Assembly (NCBI RefSeq): GCF_032444005.1
Contig: NC_091288.1
Coordinates: forward strand, 187,240,001-187,304,000
Direction of reading: 5' to 3'
Source: Ranitomeya imitator
Lineage: Eukaryota
DNA: 64,000 nucleotides
The notes beneath the pieces were generated by a model that did not search any database, was not told where the DNA came from, and saw only the letters and a list, made by a program, of their open reading frames with translations. The position numbers and the translations under genes are program-made. How positions within the stretch are numbered: the stretch's first letter is position 1; each line of letters starts with the position of its first letter. Shown in pieces: positions 55,308 through 64,000 of this stretch.

Positions 55308-58300
55308 TATTATTATTTATTATATTTGTTCCATGGCGCTTTACATGTGAGGAGGGGTATACATAATGAAAACAAGTACAATAATCTTAAACAATACAAG
55401 TCATAACTGGTACAGGAGGAATGAGGACCCTGCCCACGAAGGCTCACAATCTACAAGGGATGGGTGAGAATACAGTAGGTGAGGGTAGAGATGGTCATGC
55501 AGCGGTTTGGTCGATCGGTGGTAACTGCAGGTTGTAGGCTTGTCTGAAGAGGTGTGTCTTCAGGTTCTTTTTGAAGGTTTCAATGGTAGGCGAGAGTCTG
55601 ATGTGTTGTGGTAGAGGGTTCCAGAGTAGGGGTGATACGCGAGAGAAATCTTGTATACGATTGTGGGAAGAGGAGATAAGAGGGGAGTAGAGTAGGAGAT
55701 CTTGTGAGGATCGGAGGTTGCGAGTAGGTAAGTACCGGGAGACGAGGTCACAGATGTATGGAGGAGACAGGCTGTGGATGGCTTTGTACGTTAGGGTTTT
55801 ATAGTGGAGTCTCTGGGCAATGGGGGGCCAGTGAAGGGATTGACAGAGGGGAGAGGCCGGGGAATAGGGGGGGACAGGTGGATTAGTCGGGCAGCAGAGT
55901 TTAAAATAGATTGGAGGGGTGCGAGAGTGTTAGAGGGGAGGCCACAGAGCAGGAGGTTGCAGTAGTCAAGGCGAGAGATGAGGGCATGGACTAGGGTTTT
56001 TGCAGATTCATGGTTGAGGAATGAACGGATTCGGGAAATATTTTTGAGTTGAAGTCGGCAGGAAGTGGAAAGGGCTTGGATATGTGGTTTGAAGGAGAGA
56101 TCAGCATCAAGGATTACCCCGAGGCAGCGAGCTTGTGGGACTGGGGAGAGTGGGCAGCCATTTACTGTAATGGATAGGTTCGTTGGGGGGGGGTCGCTTG
56201 AGATGGGGGAAAGATGATGAATTCTGTTTTGTCCATGTTAAGTTTCAGAAATCTAGCGGAGAAGGATGAAATAGTGGACAGACATTGAGGGATTCTGGTT
56301 AGAAGGGAGGTGATATCTGGTCCAGAGATGTAGATCTGTGTGTCGTCAGCATACAGGTGATACTGAAAGCCATGAGATTCTATGAGCTGTCCCAGGCCAA
56401 AGGTGTAAATGGAGAAGAGCAAGGGCCCAAGGACTGAACCTTGTGGGACTCCGACAGATAGGGGGCGAGGTGAGGAGGTGGTGTGTGAGTGGGAGACGCT
56501 GAATGTCCGGTCTGTTAGGTATAATGAGATCCAGGATAGGGCCAAGTCTGCGATGCCAAGGGAGGAGAGGGTTTGTAATAATAGGGAATGGTCCACTGTG
56601 TCAAAGGCAGCCGACAGGTCGAGGAGGACAGAGTAGTGTCGCTTGCTCTTGGCGGTTAAGAGGTCATTGGTGACTTTAGTTAGGGCAGTTTCGGTGGAAT
56701 GGTGTGACCGGAAGCCAGATTGTAGGCGGTCAAAGAGGGAGCAAGAAGAGAGATGGGAGGACAGTTCAAGGTAGACGTGTTGTTCCAGTAGTTTTGAGGC
56801 AAAGGGGAGAAGTGATATAGGGCGATAGCTAGATACAGAGGATGGGTCAAGAGAGGGCTTTTTGAGGATAGGTGTGATTGAGGCATGTTTAAAGCTTGAG
56901 GGGAAAACACCAGTTGTTAGTGATAGGTTGAAGAGATGGGTTAGGGTTGGGATGAAGATTGTGGTGAGGTGTGGGATGGGAGTGGGTCAAGTGCACAGGT
57001 GGTGAGATGCGATCTTGAGAGTAGAGTGGAGAGTTGATCTTCTGTAATGGTGGAGAAGTTGGTTTTGGAGGTGGAGGGCTGGGAAATCGGGAGGAAGAGC
57101 TCTGGGGGTTTTTGACCAAAACTGTCTCTAATACTATCAATCTTCTGCTTGAAAAATGAGGCAAAGTCTTCAGCAGAGATAAGTGGGGAGGGAGGAGGTG
57201 CTGGGGGACGGAGGAGAGAATTGAAGGTGTTGAATAACTGTTTAGGGTTGTGAGAGAGAGAGGAGATGAGAAGTAGGTTTGTTTAGCTGTGGCGAGTGTG
57301 GTCTTGAAAGTAGTGAGGGACTGTTTGAATGCGATGAAGTGCTCGTTAGAGTGGGATCTTTTCCATCTGCGCTCAGCAGCCCTGGAAGCTCGCCTCAGTT
57401 CTTTGGTCAGGCTGGTGTGCCAGGGCTGTCTATTGATTTTGCGAGCTTTGGTATGTGTAAGTGGGGCAGCAGATTCCAAAGCTAGAGCTATTGTGGTGTT
57501 ATATAGAGCAGCAGCGTCATCCGCATTGTGTATGGAACTTATGCCTGTGAGGGGGAGGAGGGATTCAGAGAATGAGTGTAGGTCAAGATGTTTAATATTT
57601 CTGCGAGGGTGTGAAAGTTTGTGGGGTGGGGATTGTAGACATGGAGTGGAGAGAGATGAGAATGTGAGAAGGTTGTGGTCAGAGAGTGGAAGAGGTGAGT
57701 TAGAGGTGTTAGATAGAGAGCAGAGGCGGGTGAAGATGAGGTCCAATGTGTGACCGTCTTTGTGAGTGGCTGCAGAAGACCATTGAGTGAGGCCGAAGGA
57801 GGAAGTGAGAGTTAGAAGTTTAGTGGCAGCTGAGAGGGAAGTGTCAATGGGGATGTTGAAGTCACCCATGATGATAGTGGGGATGTCCGCAGAAAGGAAA
57901 TGAAGTAGCCAGGTGGTGAAGTGGTCAAAGAAGATGGTGGCTGGCCCTGGGGGGCGGTAAATGACAGCCAGTTGGAGGTTGGTGGGGGAATAGATGCGCA
58001 CAGAGTGCACCTCAAAGGAAGGGAGGGTAACAGAGGGTGGCAGTGGGATTGGGGTGAAGGAACAGTTATCTGACAGGAGAAAACCAACTCCTCCGCCATG
58101 TTTGCTGCTGGGGCGGGGTGTGTGGGAAAGGTGGAAGCCACCATAAGAGAGTGCAGCAGGGGAGACTGTGTCAGAAGGGGTGAGCAAGGTTTCGGTGATG
58201 GCGAGGAAGGAAAGTTTGGTAGTAACAAAGAGATCATGGATGTAGGAGAGCTTGTTGCAGACAGAGTGGGCGTTCCACAGAGCTCCTGTTAGTGGGACTG

Positions 58301-58343
58301 GGGAGGCGGGGGATGTGCAAATGGGTATAAGGTTAGAGAGGTT
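55308..58343 (-). mobile_element. L2/CR1-class LINE, frameshifted, with intact 3' tail
   Basis: APE (ORF 56889-58187) and RT (ORF 56162-56596) motifs; tail ...tgtaaagcgccatggaac..(aat)n on the minus strand at 55308-55345. From 55469 onward it is near-identical to 6439 onward. Confidence 0.94.
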
Positions 58344-58857
58344 ACGGACGTTTGTGCTAGAGCGAGTGTCGTCTGCGAAGCTCGCAGGAAATGTCCCCTC
58401 ATTAGTGTCTGATACTCCGCGCTGAGGTCTACATGTAGTTAGGACGTGCCGGAGTATCGGACTGGGCGGGTGATTCTCCTCATCAGTGACGGCGCCTTCT
58501 CTGGGAGGACAGGACTCCGCGCTGTTCCGGGTGTGACCGGATTGTGATCTCCGCTATCAGCAGTGACCGGTAACAATCCTTCCGAGATTATGAGCAGGAA
58601 ATTCAAATCTCCCAACGGATCCTGTGATCAGACAATGAGCGGGCAGCCTTGGGAAAGCTCAGCCTTGAAAATAGGAAGTTAAATGGAGGAGAGACGTCTA
58701 CGTACATCAGGCACACATACGTGTCTCCTCCGTTTAACTTCTTATTTCCCGTGTTCCAGCTGATCTTTCATTATCAGAGTATCCACAGATGCGGCACCTT
58801 CACCCCAGGCCCCGGTAGCGCTGTGTCCCCTATACACCGCAAACAATGTATACACTG

Positions 58858-58859
<2 letters not shown>

Positions 58860-58919
<60 letters not shown>

Positions 58920-58921
58920 TA
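58860..58921. repeat. (TA)n microsatellite
   Basis: TA run with one CA interruption. Confidence 0.97.
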
Positions 58922-59282
58922 CAGGACAGGGGCTGTAGAGGGCAGAACCAACACCTGTGTTCCCCGTACACTGCACTAACTGGATATATATCTACGTGAC
59001 AGGACCTCCAATCACTCCGCCGCAGCTGCAGGACCTCGAAGCACATGTACCCGGCTGTCGGATCTGCCCCTCCACAGCTGTTAGATCTGGAAATGCGCTG
59101 TCCTGCTGCCAGACCTCCAAACGCACCTGCTCGGCTGTCGGACTTCGAAACACACCGTGACTTTGGTAAAGGTGTTTACGGTTTGGCTAAGGATTCCTAT
59201 ATGTCACAAATATTGGAGATGGGACCGTCCCTACCGTGCCCTTACACTATAGAGCTGCCATCTAGCAGAACCTCAGCTTCCA

Positions 59283-62200
59283 AATTCAAAACCATCAACG
59301 GATCTGTAATCAGCCAATGAGCGAGAGACATCCGCAGGCGCCGACCAATCCCAGATACAGGAATATCCGCCTCCATTAACTCCTTAGTGGCCGTGTGTGC
59401 TGACCCCCATTACACACTCGCTTTACAGACCCGGCAGCGTCACATCAGGCTCCGGGCTTTCTCTCTCTCTCGCAGGGAGAGCTGATCAATCCTTCATGTC
59501 AGCACCTCTCCAGAATGAGGCTGATGCACTAGATTTTCTCGGCACCGCCATCCGCACGTGGGGTGCTGCTGTAATCCCGTTCATTATCCTCAATTTTCCT
59601 CTGCACATCTCCACATCCAGCCAAGTGATCGCTGGGACCAGTATACTAATCAGCATTGCCAATACTTCGATATGTAGCAAAGGAGGAGTGGTGTAAAAAT
59701 TTGGGGGGCATTTTGAGGGCAACCCAAACGTTGTGCCCCACCAAAAAATGCCCCGGTTGACCCAAAACATTCTGAAAAAAATTACCACACACTCTTAAAG
59801 TGTTCCTCTACACACCCTGCGAATTTGTGGTCGACAGACCCAAGCCGGGCTGAGCAGTGACCCTGCGCACCATAGACTTCAATGGGCAGGGTCACTTTGG
59901 GGAGTCTCTGCTCAGCCCAATTTGTGGCTATCAACCACACATTTTCAGGTTGTGTAGCGTACCCGTAGCTCTAGTAGACCAGTGCTGTAAAAATTTGGGG
60001 GACATTTTGAGATCACCCCAAAAATATGCCCCCCCCACCCCCAAACTTCTGAACAAATTACCCTACACTCTTGAATTGTTCCTCTACACACCCTGAAAAT
60101 GTGGGGTTGATAGGCACAAATCAGGCTGAGCAGTGACGCTGTGCGCGATAGGCTTCAATGGGCAGGGCAGCTTTGGGGGGTAACTGCTCAGCCCAGATTG
60201 GGGCTATCTACCTGAAATTTTCATAGTGTGTAGAGGAACAATTCATTAGTTGGGCTATTTTTTCAGAATTGTTAGGTTAATTGGAAGGAGGCTTTTTTTT
60301 TTTTTAGGGGGGGGGGGGGGGGGGCATAACTTTTGGGGTGCCCTCAAAGTGCCACCCTCAATTTTTTACACTATTGGTTCGCTAGGGGTACTCTACACAC
60401 CCTGAAAATTTGGGGTTGATGGCCCCCACATCGTACAATCAGCTCCCTGTGCGATAGACATTGGAGTAAAGGTCCCTGTGATGGAGACAAGAGCCGGGAA
60501 CAGGAGGAACGAGCTCCCGCAGCAGATTTATCTCCCCGGTACACAGTGAGGTGCAGATCGGGAGGACGGCGGCGATGATCCTAATCTGAAAGAATGTTTC
60601 GGCACTCAAAATTTATATGCTTGAAAAAAATAAAATTTTATTGGAGATATATGTTTCAGAAAATCGTTGTAACGTTTCGGTCATAACATTGACCTTCGTC
60701 AAACTGGAGTACATAAAACAGAAAGAGATAATATCTTAATATAATACAATCAGTGTCCATCAAAAATGGAAATACAGTATTGAACCAAAATTCATATCAA
60801 TAAAAATACAAAAGAATATTTTTGGAAAAAAGAGAACAGTTCTAGTCTGGTCTAGATAAGACGTTAAATCGGTGATGATTAGCTGCAGAACAGTTTCACA
60901 TAGATTTAATATAAATGTTATATGGCATAATATATGTTCTGATAATAGGTTTACACAGGACAATTGAGATCACATTAGTCATGATTTTTTTTTATATATC
61001 AGATGTCTCCAATTCTGAGAGGAAATATTGAAAAAAACAACCAAGTAAAAACAGAAAATAAAAAATAAAAAAAGGAAAGAAAAAAATAGATGGACTTAGG
61101 TCTTACCAAGTATATTAAACGTGCATAATCATGTGTGCGGTCCTATTTATCTCTGTGAGTGGGAAAGGACCATCTATGTCCTAATCCTAAAGAAACGGAA
61201 TACCTAATTGTACTAAACTGGTATATCAAGATAGGTGATATTCACAATCAGAAACATCGGACAGGTGATTGCAATCAGCCCCCGATGTGGATCATCTACT
61301 GATGTGGAACACGTGTCCCCCCCAATACTCTGCACTTATGGGGTACAGTGATATCACAGGTCAGGGAGGGGGCAGTCAGCGGAGGCCGTCGCCTGTGTTA
61401 CCCTTCTGGGTTCTCAGCAGCTCCAGCTCGTCCCCACATCGTACAATCAGCTTCCTGTGCGATAAACATTGGAGTAAAGATCCCTGTGATGGTGACAAGA
61501 GCCGGGGACAGGAGGAACGAGCTCCCGCAGCAGATTTATCTCCCCGGGTACACAGTGAGGTGCAGATCGGGAGGACGGCGGCGATGATCCCGGGATATTC
61601 TCTCCGCTCTTTCCCGGCATCTCTGCTAGTGACGGCTACAAATGGCCGGTGGAGATGTTGGAGAAGGGGAGGCGACGGAGGAAGCGCGCTCTGCTGTCCG
61701 GTGTTAGCCGGTAAAGGGCTTTTATCCCGGGCAGGGAAGCACAAGGGGAGAGCGGAGCTTAACCCGGACTCAGCTGGGAGGAGGCGGGGCCTGTGTCCAG
61801 TGTCAGCCAATAGAAGCTCAGGACGGTGAAGCTCAGCAGCCAATCAGTGCGCAGTAAGCCTGTACATATAACAGGCGCCTCCAGCTCCGGCCTCAGTATT
61901 TTCCTTCCTATCAAGAAGTATTTTCGTTTTGCTTCTGCAGCACATGATGGCAGAGACCGCGCCAGCCGCCGCTCCCCCTCCCGCAGAACCGGCCGCCAAA
62001 TCCAAGAAGCAGCCGAAGAAATCCGCCGCCAAGAAGAGCAATAAACCCTCCGGCCCCAGCGTCTCCGAGCTGATCGTGAAAGCCGTGTCCGCCTCCAAGG
62101 AGCGCAGGGGGGTGTCTCTGGCCGCCCTGAAGAAGGTTCTGTCTGCCGGAGGATACGATGTAGAGAAGAACAACAGCCGCCTGAAGCTGGCCGTCAGGTC

Positions 62201-62626
62201 TCTGGTCACCAAGGGCGCCCTCCTCCAGGTGAAGGGCAGCGGCGCCTCCGGGTCCTTCAAGCTGAACAAGAAGCAGGAGACGAAGGATAAAGTGGCCAAG
62301 AAGAAGCCAGCAGCTGCGGCCAAACCCAAGAAACCCGCTGCTGCCAAGAAAGCCGCCAAATCTCCGAAGAAGCCCAAAAAGGCTCCGACCGCGGCCAAGA
62401 AGAGCCCGAAAAAGGCCAAGAAGCCCGCAGCTGCCAAGAAAGCGGCCAAGAGCCCCAAGAAGCCGAAAGCCGCTCCCAAGCCCAAGAAGGTGACGAAGAG
62501 TCCGGCTAAGAAGGCGGCCAAACCCGCCAAGAGTCCGGCTAAGAAGGCTGCGAAAGCCAAGAAGCCCGCGGCTAAGAAATAAGCTGCAGCCCCTGTTCTG
62601 TTACCACAAAGGCTCTTATAAGAGCC
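59283..62626 (+). repeat. Third copy of the H1 upstream/H1 segment (equivalent to about 2373-5713)
   Basis: Colinear with the first two copies, with more substitutions and small indels. Confidence 0.95.
61947..62582 (+). CDS. H1: Linker histone H1, variant copy (S54R, A64V)
   Basis: Intact ORF with KERRGVS and LKKVLS in the globular domain; stem-loop at 62611-62626. Confidence 0.96.
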   Translation: MAETAPAAAPPPAEPAAKSKKQPKKSAAKKSNKPSGPSVSELIVKAVSASKERRGVSLAALKKVLSAGGYDVEKNNSRLKLAVRSLVTKGALLQVKGSGASGSFKLNKKQETKDKVAKKKPAAAAKPKKPAAAKKAAKSPKKPKKAPTAAKKSPKKAKKPAAAKKAAKSPKKPKAAPKPKKVTKSPAKKAAKPAKSPAKKAAKAKKPAAKK

Positions 62627-64000
62627 ACCACCTCCTCCCCGCAGAGCTGTATGATCAGTGCCACCACCTCCTCCCCGCAGAGCTGTATGATCAGTGCCAT
62701 CACCTCCTCCCCGCAGAGCTGTATGATCAGTGCCACCACCTCCTCCCCGCAGAGCTGTATGATCAGTGCCACCACCTCCTCCCCGCAGAGCTGTATGATC
62801 AGAGCCATCACCTCCCCGCAGAGCTGTATGATCAGAGCCATCACCTCCCCGCAGAGCTGTATGATCAGAGCCATCGCCTTCTCCCCGCAGAGCTGTATGA
62901 TCAGTGCCACCACCTCCTCGCAGAGCTGTATGATCAGTGCCACTTTCTCCCCGCAGAGCTGTATGATCAGAGCCATCACCTTCTCCTCGCAGAGCTGTAT
63001 GATCAGAGCCACCTTCTCCCCGCAGAGCTGTATGATCAGTGCCACCACCTCCTCGCAGAGCTGTATGATCAGAGCCACCTTCTCCCCGCAGAGCTGTATG
63101 ATCAGAGCCATCACCTCCCCGCAGAGCTGTATGATCAGAGCCATCACCTTCTCCCCACAGAGCTGTATGATCAGAGCCACCTTCTCCCCGCAGAGCTGTA
63201 TGATCAGTGCCACCACCTCCTCGCAGAGCTGTATGATCAGAGCCACCTTCTCCCCGCAGAGCTGTATGATCAGAGCCATCACCTTCCCGCAGAGCTGTAT
63301 GATCAGTGTCACCACCTCCTCGCAGAGCTGTATGATCAGTGTCACCACCTCCTCGTCGCAGAGCTGTATGATCAGAGCCACCTTCTCCCCGCAGAGCTGT
63401 ATGATCAGAGCCATCACTTCCTCACCGCAGAGCTGTATGATCAGAGCCATCACCTCCCCGCAGAGCTGTATGATCAGAGGTATCACCTTCTCCCCGAAGA
63501 GCTGTATGATCAGTGCCACCACCTCCTCGCAGAGCTGTATGATCAGAGCCACCTTCTCCCCGCAGAGCTGTATGATCAGAGCCATCACCTTCTCCCCGCA
63601 GAGCTGTATGATCAGAGCCACCTTCTCCCAGCAGAGCTGTATGATCAGTGCCACCACCTCCTCGCAGAGCTGTATGATCAGAGCCACCACCTCCTCCCCG
63701 CAGAGCTGTATGATCAGAGCCATCACCTCGCCGCAGAGCTGTATGATCAGAGCCATCACCTTCTCTCCGCAGAGCTGTATGATCAGAGCCACCTTCTCCC
63801 CGCAGAGCTGTATGATCAGTGCCATCACCTCCTCGCAGAGCTGTATGATCAGAGCCACCTTCTCCCAGCAGAGCTGTATGATCAGAGCCATCACCTCCTC
63901 CCCGCAGAGCTGTATGATCAGAGCCATCACCTCCTCCCCGCAGAGCTGTATGATCAGTGACACCACCTCCTCCCCGCAGAGCTGTATGATCAGAGCCATC
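62627..64000 (+). repeat. H1-3'-end satellite array 3 (runs off the window)
   Basis: Same 33/36-bp unit starting right after the stem-loop. Confidence 0.98.

Overview
Eukaryotic, most likely anuran (frog), replication-dependent histone gene locus. The organism call is inferred from Xenopus-like H1, H2A and H2B sequences and L2-type LINE remnants. There are 13 intronless histone genes, all on the + strand: H4 x5, H1 x3, H3 x3, H2B x1 (CDS mostly N-masked) and H2A x1. Each ends in a GGCTCT-N4-AGAGCC stem-loop. Order: H4-H1-[sat]-L2-H4-H1-[22 kb sat]-(H3-H4)x3-H2B-[palindrome]-[sat]-H2A-L2-H1-[sat]. The main observation is that two unrelated tandem arrays start exactly at histone stem-loops and are built from the 3'-processing signals. 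After each H1 is a 33/36-bp array (0.7 kb, 22.3 kb, >1.3 kb) whose units carry the 3' stem arm, the cleavage region and a 9-nt match to the U7-binding HDE. After H2B is a 24-bp array running from the stem arm to the HDE. The H1 array supplies one breakpoint of each tandem duplication (10.9-kb H4-H1 unit; 3.8-kb H3-H4 unit). The H2B 3' UTR holds a 437-bp insertion with a perfect 280-bp palindrome carrying two mirror-image Penelope-type hammerhead ribozyme motifs. A fixed-spacing E2F/CHR-like/MYB/CCAAT motif recurs through the locus. The giant ORFs in the track are satellite artefacts. All coordinates were read by eye.
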